A stretch of DNA of 17,813 nucleotides from Octopus sinensis (Eukaryota), in assembly GCF_006345805.1 (NCBI RefSeq), contig NW_021824616.1, positions 1 to 17,813 on the forward strand. Direction: 5' to 3'. Both the position numbers and the translations under genes were made by a program. Positions 1 through 10,327 of this stretch are shown piece after piece; the stretch's first letter is position 1, and the number at the start of each line of letters is the position of its first letter. The notes beneath the pieces were generated by a model. That model ran no database searches. It saw only the letters and a list, made by a program, of their open reading frames with translations, and was not told the DNA's origin.

Positions 1-203
1 GATTGCATTCAATTGGTAAGTTATCACAACGTGATTTGTCTTACAAGTTTAAATATAGTCAATACAGGCATGGCTGTGAGATGGTTACTGAGCTTGTTTT
101 ACAACCATGTGATTTTGCAACCACATTGTAACCAGTATTTTGTCACATCAGCCAAAATCTAACCAACGATAGTCAACAAATATACGTCATATTCTTTGAC
201 TGA

Positions 204-575
204 TACTCTTTTACTCTTTTACTTGTTTCAGTCATTTGACTTCGGCCATGCTGGAGCACCGCCTTTAGTCGAGCAAATCACCCCCAGGACTTATTCTTTG
301 TAAGCCTAGTACTTATTCTATCAGTGTCTTTTGCCGAACTGCTAAGTCACGGGGACGCAAACACATCAGCATCGGTTGTCAAGCAATGTTGGTGGGGGAC
401 AAACACACACACACACACACATAGGACAGGCTTCTTTCGGTTTCCGTCTACCAAATCCACTCACAAGGCTTTGGTCGGCCTGGAGGCTATAGAAGACACT
501 TACCCAAGGTGCCATGCAGTGGGACTGAACCAGGAATCATGTGGTTGGTAAGCAAGCTACTTACCACAAGAAGCC
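204..575 (-). mobile_element. tRNA-derived SINE (major family of this window), near full length
   Basis: Reverse complement of the copy at 15569-15941: tail TACTCTTTTACTCTTTTAC at 204-222, body CAGTCATTTGAC..GGCCATGCTGGAGCACCGCC, internal (CA)n at about 402-421, head GTGGGACTGAACC..AAGCAAGCTACTTACCACA. Confidence 0.9.
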
Positions 576-609
576 AATCAATAGTTGATTGAAAATTAGT
601 CACATCTCA

Positions 610-905
610 TAAAAAGAATATCAAGCAACAGGCAGTGGAACAGAGTCAGAGGAACACATTCATAAACAGTCTTGATTAGGTCAGCAGTCAGGAAGGAAGA
701 TGCTGTTGACCAGTACTGACATTAGAAGCTCATAGATTCATGAGAGACAGATCATCACTGCAAATGAAATTTTTTCTAGAAATGACACAACCATCAAAAC
801 ACTGACAGAACATCTGTTAAGTGAGTTGTGTTTTGACAACCTTACTGCCAACAAAATATGAATGCTACAACAAACAGTCATCACAGAAATATCGCTACAT
901 AATGT
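610..905 (+). mobile_element. possible highly decayed Tc1/mariner transposase N-terminal remnant
   Basis: Stop-interrupted conceptual translation (KQQAV, HIHKQ, SGRKMLLT, QIITANEI, TEHLLSELC) follows the order of mariner HTH-region motifs as I remember them. Weak, no TIR identified. Confidence 0.25.
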
Positions 906-1491
906 TGTGAAATGAACTGTTTCCCTATTATTTTCTGTTTTTGGTGTACCAGACCATTGCATTTGGGTCTTCTTTCTAAAGTAACAAAAAATAGATGATT
1001 AAGGACTGACTTCAAGCCATTTTCATTTTGTCAACTCTAGTTCATCATCATATTGTCTCACACACACTTACACATAACACATACATTTGAATACACATAC
1101 ACTCACACACAAATACATACACATACATAAATATACATACAAATATAGCGAGGGGGGGAGAAATAGCAACATGCATACACACACATATATGCATATAATG
1201 TCCACATGCCTACACACATATAGCATGCAAACACATGCATGTGCACGTACCAATCAGATGTCCAATATATCTTCACACACATCCACATTCACACACCCAA
1301 ACACTGATAAGCTCAAACTAAAAACAAAATTACAAGGGCTATTACTATAGAGCCACACAATAACCATGCACCAGCTCAGATCTAAACACACACATGCACA
1401 TATGTACACACACATATATACTTGCCAAAAACCGACATTAATCACAAACCCTACTGCATTTACTCACTGGTACAAAGCTCATATAACTATA

Positions 1492-1866
1492 CACTTTTAC
1501 TCTTCTACTTGTTTCAGTCATTTGACTGTGGCCATGCTGGAGCACTGCCTTTAGTTGAGCAAATCGACCCCAGGACTTTTTCTTTGTAAGCCTACTACTT
1601 ATTCTATCGGTCTCTTTTGCTGAACCGCTAAGTTACGGGGACGTAAACACATCAGCATCGGTTGTCAAGCGATGTTAGGGGTACAAATACAGACACATAA
1701 ACACACACATATATATACAACGGGCTTCTTTCAGTTTCTGTCTATCAAATCCAATCACAAGGCTTTGGTCGGCCCGAGGCTATAGTAGAAGACACTTGCC
1801 CAAGGTGCCACGCAGTGGGACTGAACTGGTAAGCAAGCTACTTACCACACAGCCACTCCTATGCCT
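1492..1866 (-). mobile_element. tRNA-derived SINE, full length with small deletion in the head
   Basis: Highly similar to 204-575 and to the reverse complement of 15569-15941; begins (on -) AGGCATAGGAGTGGCTGTGTGGTAAG; lacks the short segment between CTGAAC and TGGTAAGC (about 1826) that is present in the 204-575 copy. Confidence 0.92.
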
Positions 1867-2222
1867 ATGTAGACATGCAAATACAAGTCAGGCATTAATA
1901 TAAAGTACTCATAACCTAGAGTGCACAAACAAAACATACAACAAAAAGGCACACACTCAGACAATAGTTTTACTGCACTACACAGACACTAACAGTCATG
2001 CACACACACAGGTGGATGTGCCCACTTGCACACACATGCACACACACACACACATGCAATCACACAGGCACAAACAAATGACCAGAAGCAACAGTCCACA
2101 CTAGTTGGCAGAGACCACTTAATACCTCTTTTTTAAAAGCTTCTTCTTACCTTTTACTTTTATTTCTATTTTATATTTTCTTCTACTTAAAGGTTCCTTC
2201 TATTGCTTTCTGCCCACAGGCA

Positions 2223-2258
<36 letters not shown>

Positions 2259-2807
2259 GTTGGTTGTTGTCTATTGTAAATTAATGATCCAGGATGCTGA
2301 ACAGAAAAACCATCTAGATAACTTTTAAAACTTTTAAAGGTTTCACAGGAAATTTTACTATTGTTTCATAGACATTTTAGGAAGGAGTTGTTTAATTATG
2401 AGCCCTTTAAATGCCAAACTATTGTTGTATAAGTTCCTGATGCTGTAGCGTGAGGAAGGGGTATGACAGTATCTTGGTAGTTCTTCCTTGTTTACCAAGG
2501 TCTGGTGCAAAACATTTGAGAAACTTCAACATAGAAATACATATTTCTAATGGCATTCTACAATGTTGAGATATGATATGCCAAACTATTCCCAGTTGTG
2601 CAATTTTTTAACTTTGGAAATTTGCTTTTTGGGTTTTATATAGCAGGTTGTGTGTGTGTGTGCACGTGCGCACGTGAGTGTGTATGAGTGAGTGTTCATA
2701 TGTGTATATGTATGCACTTATATATGAATAAATGTATGTATTTTCCCTTTCTCTTTTTTAAAATTTTGACTGGCCACCTATTTGGTAGCAAGATTATGTC
2801 TATGTTG

Positions 2808-2826
2808 TGTATATATATATATATAT

Positions 2827-2900
<74 letters not shown>

Positions 2901-2912
2901 GGATGGATGGAT
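2808..2912. repeat. compound microsatellite (TA)n-(TAGA)~18-(GGAT)3
   Basis: Directly visible; TAGA run 2828-2900. Confidence 0.97.
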
Positions 2913-2978
2913 ACGTACATACATATATAGATATATATAACTATTCCTCTGGAGGTTTCCTTATAATTTGAACATTCA

Positions 2979-3360
2979 TCTCTATTTATAAAACTGAAAT
3001 GCGAAAAGTTTGTTTGTTTGTCTGGTTTTTGGCATTAGAACGGGTTAAAGGCCACTAGATCCCATCAGATTGACTTCAAAATTTACAGGGACATGTAAAA
3101 TGAGGTGAGGATGAGAGTGGGCTAGGTTAGAAATCCCCATCTTAAAAGGTGTCGTTGCCAGGGCCAAAAAGGCACTTTCACAAGTCTACTCTCATTCTTT
3201 TATGTATCTGTCTTCTTCCATCACTCACTCTCTTTCCTCCCTTCCCATCACTTTCTATATATAACGTCGTTTCACAACGTCTAACTCCCTTACCTTCACT
3301 TTCTCTTTATAATGTCGTTTCACAGCGTCCTATATCTGCCCCCCTCCCCACCTTCGACAG
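2979..3360 (+). mobile_element. possible non-autonomous Helitron-like element, 5' part
   Basis: Starts A^TC, then TATAAAACTGAAATGCGAAAAGTTTGTTTGTTTGTCTG, resembling 5' ends of invertebrate non-autonomous Helitrons with a (TTTG)n tract (from memory). No 3' hairpin-CTRR end found. Confidence 0.35.
3240..3335 (+). repeat. two-copy 48-bp tandem repeat
   Basis: CCTTCCCATCACTTTCTATATATAACGTCGTTTCACAACGTCTA and CCTTACCTTCACTTTCTCTTTATAATGTCGTTTCACAGCGTCCTA; also visible as the repeated PSLSxYNVVSQR in ORF 3149..3526. Confidence 0.85.
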
Positions 3361-4118
3361 CGCTTTCACACTCTCTCTCTCTCTCTCTACGTCTGTCTGC
3401 ATTCATAGAGAGAATTATCATCGCCACCACCACCACCACCACACAATCATGAGAACAAATATTATGAATCAGATATTTATTGGATTAACATATATATTTA
3501 TATATGTGGGTGTGTTCTATATATAAATATGTATATATAATGTATATTATGTATTTATGTATATTAAACTTTTTAATACTTTTTGATAGTTATATATATT
3601 TTTTAAAAATTTAATATAAATTAATAATTTTAATTTAAATTAAATAATTTAAATTTTAAAATTTATATTTTATATATTTTGTATATTATATTTTTATTTT
3701 AGTTTTGGTTTATTTTTTTTCACTGTTTGATTTGCCTATTGTGGTTTTATCTCTAATTTAATTATATATATATAATTTGTATACATTTGTATATATAATG
3801 CATGCACACACACACAACACATTCATATATAATGTGTGCATTATGTGGTTGTTGAGCTGAACTGAAAATATGCACACCTATGTTTAAAGTGCTGGCGAGT
3901 TTGCATGACAATTATTTTTTTCCTCAAATGAAAGGTGTGACCTCTAGGACAAAATTCCTCATCTTATAAAATTTGGCCCCAGTAGACCCAATGAAATTGG
4001 GTTATATTACCAAAATGTGAAAGCAGCCCCATTTAACATCTCTTTTTCATGCTGACATATTGGACTGCTTGATAGGAAACAGGTAAGGTCAGGGGCCACA
4101 CACATATATATATATATT

Positions 4119-4164
<46 letters not shown>

Positions 4165-4194
4165 TATATATATTATATATATAATATATATATA

Positions 4195-4387
4195 TATACA
4201 ATAATGTTACATTACTCAATAGTCAAGATAAAACCTGAGTTTCAGATGCCGAAGTGGGAATCCCACTTCGGTATCTGAAATAGTTTTATCTTGACTATTG
4301 AGTAATGTAACATATTATTGTATAGATAAATTTCCTCTATTACATAATATTGAGGTCTCTTTCTTCTTTAGTTATCTTACCGTTTTA

Positions 4388-4390
<3 letters not shown>
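4195..4390. mobile_element. short cassette inside (TA)n with ~130-bp fold-back palindrome; Penelope-like terminal-repeat remnant suspected
   Basis: Perfect 29-bp inverted repeat 4206-4234/4283-4311 plus 20-bp inner inverted repeat 4240-4259/4261-4280 (one mismatch), centre at 4260; unique tail to 4390; flanked by (TA)n on both sides. The palindrome is certain; the Penelope assignment is inference. Confidence 0.6.
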
Positions 4391-4446
<56 letters not shown>

Positions 4447-4463
4447 TATATATTATAACATAC

Positions 4464-4551
4464 TATAGCTAAAAGATATATATATATATACATACATATA
4501 GCTAAAGGATATATATATATATATATACATATAGCTAAAAGATATATATAT
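4464..4551 (+). repeat. 33-bp period minisatellite (TATAGCTAAAAGA(TA)n CA), about 2.7 copies
   Basis: Units start at 4464, 4497 and 4530; followed by (GAT)n at 4552-4566. Confidence 0.9.
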
Positions 4552-4949
4552 GATGATGATGATGATATATCCGATAATAAATATAACCACACGGTAAGTG
4601 GTCATAAGGATAGGTTGCTAGGGCAAAACAATGCCCTTGGTGGCCATCTTAGCAAACTAGGTGAAGAGTTATACATAATGGTGTCACATGCACCACTACA
4701 ATACATTGCTAACACTGTTACACATATACCAATACACACACTACCACACAACATACTACATACATACGCTACCTACAGGTCATTATATACATTTCCACTA
4801 CACATAAATACACTCACCGCGATAAACAAAACTGCACAAACACCACTACAAACACAACGCATGCATACACAATTACACGTGCATTGCTACACACAAAATT
4901 ACAAATACTACGCATAACTACATATACACCAATATACACACGACTACAC

Positions 4950-5310
4950 AAACACATTGTGCGCGCGAGCGTACGATCTGTATTTGTTTCAGCCAAAAAC
5001 TGATAAAATGGTCACTGCTGTCTTCGGGTGCATAATCTAGTTTAATGATGTTGATTTTAACACCAGTTGCTCGAAACTCATCGAAGTTCTACCTTCCTTG
5101 ATTGTAAATTGAGTGGGCGTGTTCGACCGTGTTGCCCGGCTGGTTGAAAACTGGGTCAAACGGTGTCAGCCGAAATAGTCATCTCTTCCTGTTTCACGCA
5201 GCCTCTGTTTATACGGTCTGTAACGTTCGCGAAGGTCTCTTCGTAACATCTTTCAGTCTCTTTCATTTTCGTTGATATCTACTGTCGTATCAAAAAGATA
5301 AATCTTCAAG
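4950..5310 (+). promoter_or_regulatory. CpG-rich promoter / 5' UTR region of TOMM5
   Basis: Local CpG enrichment against a CpG-poor background, directly upstream of the ATG; contains GGGCGTG (Sp/KLF-like, about 5115), CTTCCTG (ETS-like, in a pyrimidine-rich CTCTTCCTGTTTC tract at about 5183-5195) and palindromic TTCGCGAA (5226-5233). Motif function is inferred only. Confidence 0.6.
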
Positions 5311-5425
5311 ATGATGCGAATGCAGAAGGACCGTGTCGACCCCGAAGAAGAGAAGAAGAAGGCCAGACAACAAACAATGCAGACAGTAGCTTTCTTCGTG
5401 ATGGTGTGTGGCTTTATACGTGCAA
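5311..5425 (+). CDS. TOMM5: TOMM5 (Tom5) coding exon 1
   Basis: ATG at 5311 with in-frame upstream TAA (5299-5301); encodes MMRMQKDRVDPEEEKKKARQQTMQTVAFFVMVCGFIRA plus 1 nt; ends at donor GCAA|GTGAGT (5426-5431). Matches the metazoan Tom5 pattern DPEExKxKxR...F....(L/I)R..P (human ..[41 protein letters not shown], recalled). Confidence 0.88.
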
Positions 5426-6917
5426 GTGAGTGACCTTAAATTAACACTTTCACCTTCACTTTAAATAACAAACATTGTTCACATGTGAATACAATAATAA
5501 GGTTATAACATCGTGTCAGTGTTCTTGTTTGAAAATCAGGTGTTTGTTTGAACCTGCCACTGCTTTTATTTCATTAGTTTGACAAATGTAAAGCAGAAAT
5601 TTTGCAATTTAATTAAGACTTAAATGTATGATATACTTACATAAGAGTGCGAAGAAAAAACAAAAAGAATTCACCACTATTGAGACACGCCAGCATCCTT
5701 GCAGCGTTGCCGCAGGTTATAACATTTCTACTTTACAAAATTTAAAAGTATATATAAAAATAGTAAACAAATATATGATTCTCTTGTATTTGAACTGTCG
5801 GCATTGATCATACATCGCCAATGGTTTGCGAAACGCTTTCTGATAAACAGTCTAGTCCACATTTTCAGTTACTAATTAGGTGACAATAGCTATAAAACGA
5901 AGCAAATATTTAATACTACAGTTCGATCTGTTTACTGTCTTAGTAGGACCTTTTAAAAAAACAAATCTTTATTTCTTTTTATGTTTAAAATTTTTGTAAT
6001 TAGAAGCTTTGCTGGAGCGGGAAAAATGTAAAACTAATCAAAATTTTGTAACAATTAACTGTAGATGTTTAAACCAATTCAATTTTAAATGTTTGTAAGT
6101 TAACATGCTATGTCCTTCATCTTTTATTTAGCCTAAAATAAGTTCTGGAGCCAAATTATTAAAGACCTAGAATCTCCATGGTTCAATGATCGAATGCCAC
6201 ACATATGTATATACATATTATATAAACTCTAACTTCACAGCAGTTATCATGACAATTTATTGCCCTTTCGTCCTCGCTTATAATTTAACACCACGTGTCT
6301 TTGTTTTTTTTTTTTCTTTGGTGGGGGACACTTGCACTTCTCATTTTAATATTTCTCTTTTTAAAATTACATTTATAGATAGAAATCTGTACAGATATTT
6401 ATAGTTTGAAATGTATAACATAAAGTCTTTTAAATTGAAAGATATGCATGAAAGATCGTGCTTTTAACTGGAACCCATGAAAACAGTCTAGTCTTTCAAG
6501 GTCATTCCATGAATCCAAAAAAAAACCCAACAGATTTTGTATGCGTGTGTCACTCTCTCTCTCTCTATATATATATGTGTGTGAGTGTGTATATATATAT
6601 ATATATATATAACACATTATATTGTATTTATATGTGTGTGTGTGTGTGATAAAAATGAAAGTGAAGGTAAATTGTATGTGTTAAAATCAAAATGAGGATA
6701 TTTAAACCTCTTATAGGATATTTTATCAAAGATACGCTGATTTAATATATTATATTTTGAAGAGATATTACTTCAATGAATATATATATAAAATATCGTA
6801 AAATATCAAGCATAAATTCGAGTTAGAAAACAGATCTAATGGATACAAATTAATTTATTAATATATATATATATATACACACACGCATATACATACAGTA
6901 TTATATAACTATTACGG

Positions 6918-6965
6918 CCTATCTTACCGATCGGTTTCGCACTAAAGATTCAATGGAATGTTAGG
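6918..6965 (-). other. decayed minimal hammerhead-ribozyme-like motif
   Basis: Minus strand reads GAAA-CC-GAUC-GG-UA-AGAUAGG (6938-6918): intact GAAA, short stem III with palindromic GAUC loop and GUA site; the CUGANGA half is not recognisable (CCAUUGA). Confidence 0.35.
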
Positions 6966-7097
6966 TAACAGCCTTATGTAATCCTGCTCTGTGTGTGTAT
7001 GTATGTATGCATATATATATAAAGTTAATCCAAACAAGAAAACACAGAAAAAAAGAGAAAAAAACACAGCAACGCAGGACGTGGAACAATTAAAGTA

Positions 7098-7165
7098 TTA
7101 TTGACGCTCAGGAAAGAAGGGAAGGAGGGTTTAACGTTTCGAGCGGAGCTCTTCGTCGGAAACAA
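7098..7165 (-). ncRNA. type I hammerhead-ribozyme-like motif (U4C variant) in a (TA)n-embedded cassette
   Basis: Minus strand: UUGUU-U-CCGACGA-A-GAGC(UCC)GCUC-GAAA-CGU..25 nt..GCG-UC-AAUAA. Stem II 4 bp, stem III 4 bp (one G-U), GUC triplet, stem I UUGUU/AAUAA with one unpaired U. The core has C instead of the conserved U4. Confidence 0.55.
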
Positions 7166-7255
7166 GGAGAAGGAAAGATCCCAAGGAGGGAAGACAGAGG
7201 AGAAAATATTTGAGCTGGTGGTGCTCAAGAGATCATATATATATATATATATATA

Positions 7256-7352
7256 AAGGCGTGGCTGTGTGGTAAGAGGTTTGAGATTCATTCATTCAAC
7301 TAAGAATTCCACAAGACGGTTCCCTAGCATGGCTGCAGTCAAATGACTGGGA
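7256..7352 (+). mobile_element. SINE with large internal deletion (head joined to tail)
   Basis: GGCGTGGCTGTGTGGTAAG head, then TAGCATGGCTGCAGTCAAATGACTGGGACAAGTAAAAG tail. Confidence 0.7.
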
Positions 7353-7377
7353 CAAGTAAAAGATATATATATATATA

Positions 7378-7662
7378 TTCTTTTATTCTTTTCCTTGTTT
7401 CTGTCATTTGACTGAACAAATTGACCAGGACTTATTCTTTCTAAGTCTAGTACTTATTTTATCAAGCTGTTTTGCTGAACCACTTAGTTACGGTGGGAAG
7501 GGTACAGACACAAACACACAAATATATATATATATATATATATATACGATGGACTTCTTTCAGTTTCTGTCTACTAAATCCACTCATAAGGCTTTCGTTG
7601 GCTCAATGCTATAGTAGAGGCACTTGACGAAGCTACCACCCAATGGGACTGAATCGAGAACA

Positions 7663-7665
<3 letters not shown>
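7378..7665 (-). mobile_element. SINE copy, diverged, head truncated
   Basis: GTCATTTGACTG, GACTTATTCTTT, AGTACTTATT, internal (TA)n, CAGTTTCTGTCTACTAAATCCACTCATAAGGCTTT, GGGACTGAA match the other copies. Confidence 0.85.
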
Positions 7666-7706
<41 letters not shown>

Positions 7707-8536
7707 TACATACGTATGTATGTATGTATACGTAAAGAAAGTCAGAAGGTACGAGATGAATATATTTCAACAGTTGACATCCATAAGAATTTTGATTGTT
7801 TTGCATCATGGAAAAATAATTTATTTTAGTGTATAATAAATTAGTTTCATGTCTGCATTAGTGTATATGTTATAAATTACATAGTACTATTGTACATTTT
7901 GCAAGCTAATACAGGTATAGAAGGTTGGCTCTTCAGATCCATAGAATATTATGGTTACTTCTATTCGTCATCTCCAATATATACATACAAAAAGTCATCT
8001 TCAATAATTAATGTATGGAAGACAATAATTAATAAAAAAAAAAGTTTTCTATAGAAAAAGAAAGGAGATTTAGTAAGATATTAAAAAGGAAACAGTGAGT
8101 GGTAGCAGTGGAAATGAAGATTGTGTATAATATAATAGATAGTTTGTTGTTAATAGCCTAGAAGTATTAATAATAGAGAGAGAAAAAATTTTATGAAAGG
8201 AGAGGGGAAAACTTTTTCTTGGTATCCTTCTAGACCAAAGTCTAACTAACAACTAACCTATGCACTCTCCAAACTTACCTTTCAATGTACCCATGTTGAG
8301 TGTGTCAACTCTAAGGGGAAGGAGTGGTAAGGTTACTGTGTTAGTTCCAGTTTAATCTATAATGCAAATGGTATGTATTTGAAACTAATGTGTATTTTTA
8401 TTAGGCTGTTCTAAGTCAGTAAGGAAATGAATTAAATGAGATTTTAGCTGCTACTACTCAAAAATTCAAGTGACTACATTAAGGTTCCCTCAGTTCATTT
8501 TGCTTGTTATTGAAATCTGAATTATAGACTAATTAT

Positions 8537-8800
8537 AAGTCTAGTACTTATTCTTTCAGTTTCTTTGCCTGACTGCTAAATTACAAGACACAACTGAATC
8601 AACAATGGGTATCAAACAGCAACAAATGCATGTGCACACACATAATGTACATGTATAAGAGGTTTCTGTACAGTTTCCTCCACTCAAATGACACTGACTG
8701 GTCTGGAGCTATAGAAGATACTTGCCCAAGGTGTCATGCAATGAAACTGAATCTGAAAAAGCATCATTCTGAAGTGAATTTCTTAACCACACAATCCTGT
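8537..8800 (-). mobile_element. old, diverged SINE copy
   Basis: AAGTCTAGTACTTATTC...CTATAGAAGATACTTGCCCAAGGTGTCATGCA...TTAACCACACA are recognisable SINE segments. Confidence 0.7.
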
Positions 8801-8969
8801 CTTGTTGTTTACCCTTGATCAATCATGATTGAGTAGACCTTACAATAAAAGGCATACTTGCCATGGCTATTTTGGCTTTTTCGAAGGTATCTAGGACTAC
8901 ATTATCCAGTGAGTCCCCTGTACATTAGCCACTGGGATTTCAAGGGATATTTAGTGTCACAGATCATAA

Positions 8970-9165
8970 TATTGATTTCTAAATTTTGACATAAGGCCAG
9001 CAATTTCGGGTGAGGGGTTAGTCAATTGCATCAACCCCGGTATTCAACTGGTGCTTATTTTATTGATCCAAAAGGATGAAAAGCAAAGTCAATCTCAGCA
9101 GAATTTTGAACTGAGAATTTAAAGATGAGCAAGATACAACTAAGCATTTTGCCCAGCTTGCTGTC
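8970..9165 (-). mobile_element. second SINE-like family fragment
   Basis: CTGGTGCTTATTTTATTGATCCAAAAGGATGAAAAGCAAAGTCAATCTCAGCAGAATTTTGAACT resembles the reverse of a conserved central domain found in several metazoan SINEs (from memory; family not determined). Confidence 0.5.
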
Positions 9166-9461
9166 TTATCACAGGACATCATATTAAAAACAGTTCCTGC
9201 TGGGTAGTGTGATATGTAGAGCAGCTGTTTCTATATGATCCCCAATTTCTCTGTTTTCACTCTCTCTCTCTCTGAAATTGGTATGGCACCTGGTTTCAGA
9301 CAATTAGTCATATTGACTCCAGTTCTATATCTATTTACCAGCTAAGTTAACCTTTTTTGTGTGTTTTTGATGTGAAGGGACATAATTCCAATCACTTGCA
9401 TACATTAGTAAATATAAATCATGGATACATACTCATGTGTATGTATACACACACACACACA

Positions 9462-9610
9462 CATGGTAGGTGATGTGCTGTAAGTAGTTTTCTTTCCAGG
9501 TTCAATCCCTCTATGTGGCACTATAGATAAACGTCTTTTATAGCCTCAGATCAATCAAAGCCATATTATGAGTGGGTTTAGTTGACAGAAATTATATCAT
9601 GTGTGTGTGT
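9462..9610 (+). mobile_element. diverged SINE 5' fragment
   Basis: GTAAGTAG..GGTTCAATCCCTCTATGTGGCAC..TATAGCCTCAGATCAATCAAAGCC..TGAGTGGGTTTAGTTGACAGAAA parallels 15585-15715. Confidence 0.65.
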
Positions 9611-9777
9611 TACTATCTCCATATAAACATGTGTCACCATAATGCAGTGTTATTCATCTCCAATATTCTGTGAGAACATGTCTGACCATGGGGAGATATT
9701 ACATTTCTTGGATACAGGTAAGGGTTCTGGCTATGGAAAATCTGCTTCAACAAATTTTGTCTGGCCTGTTAAAATGA

Positions 9778-9808
<31 letters not shown>

Positions 9809-9810
9809 TT

Positions 9811-9843
<33 letters not shown>

Positions 9844-10327
9844 CAAATGATGTGGTATGAGAAAGATTTTCAAACAGTTTCTGATTGCCAAATTCTACTC
9901 ACATGGTACCCAACTATAGCAGCAGTCTCTTGTCCAAGATGGTACCCATCCTGATTATTGAACCTGTTGTCATGAAACATACAACCATACTTCTCTCTCT
10001 CTCTCTCTCTCTCACGCATATACACACGTGCGCATGCACATTACATCCATCATATTTGTAGGTTCATTAAATATAGGTTTTATTGTAATAACTGTTTATG
10101 GTTGGATAGTGTTCTCATCATTAATCACTGAACAAATTCTAGTTCAGTTTCATAATTATTTCCCTGGTATTCAGAGACAGACTGGGGACAAACTGTGTAA
10201 ACTGTGTTTCTTGTGGCACAATGACCAATTAAGTAAACAGTAATGTAGTTTGAACTCATGCACATATAGTTCAGTAGCGAAAACCATTGTATTTTAAAAC
10301 TGAATTTTCTTTTTATTTTCCTTTCAG

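Larger units (their letters stand above)
5426..10327 (+). other. TOMM5: TOMM5 intron 1 (4902 bp, phase 1, GT-AG)
   Basis: GTGAGT donor at 5426; branch-like CTGAA at 10300-10304, polypyrimidine tract TTTTCTTTTTATTTTCCTTTCAG ending at 10327. Confidence 0.82.

Noticed and set aside
1251-1317. Minus-strand segment with acceptor TTTTGTTTTTAG and donor G|GTACGT
   Set aside because: Stops in all three frames and lies in TG-rich low-complexity DNA where such sites arise by chance; could only be a non-coding exon, with no support.
1068-1554. Several overlapping 61-87 aa ORFs
   Set aside because: They are translations of CA/TG-rich low-complexity sequence (HTHT, CVCV); most use non-ATG starts and show no domain pattern.
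2663-2676. Perfect palindrome CACGTGCGCACGTG (two E-boxes); similar NRF1-like TGCGCATGCACA at about 10029-10040
   Set aside because: Both are embedded in CA/TG repeats, from which these motifs arise by point mutation.
3149-3526. 125-aa ORF with His run and internal repeat
   Set aside because: GTG start; built from a 48-bp tandem repeat, (CT)n and (CAC)n inside a probable repeat element.
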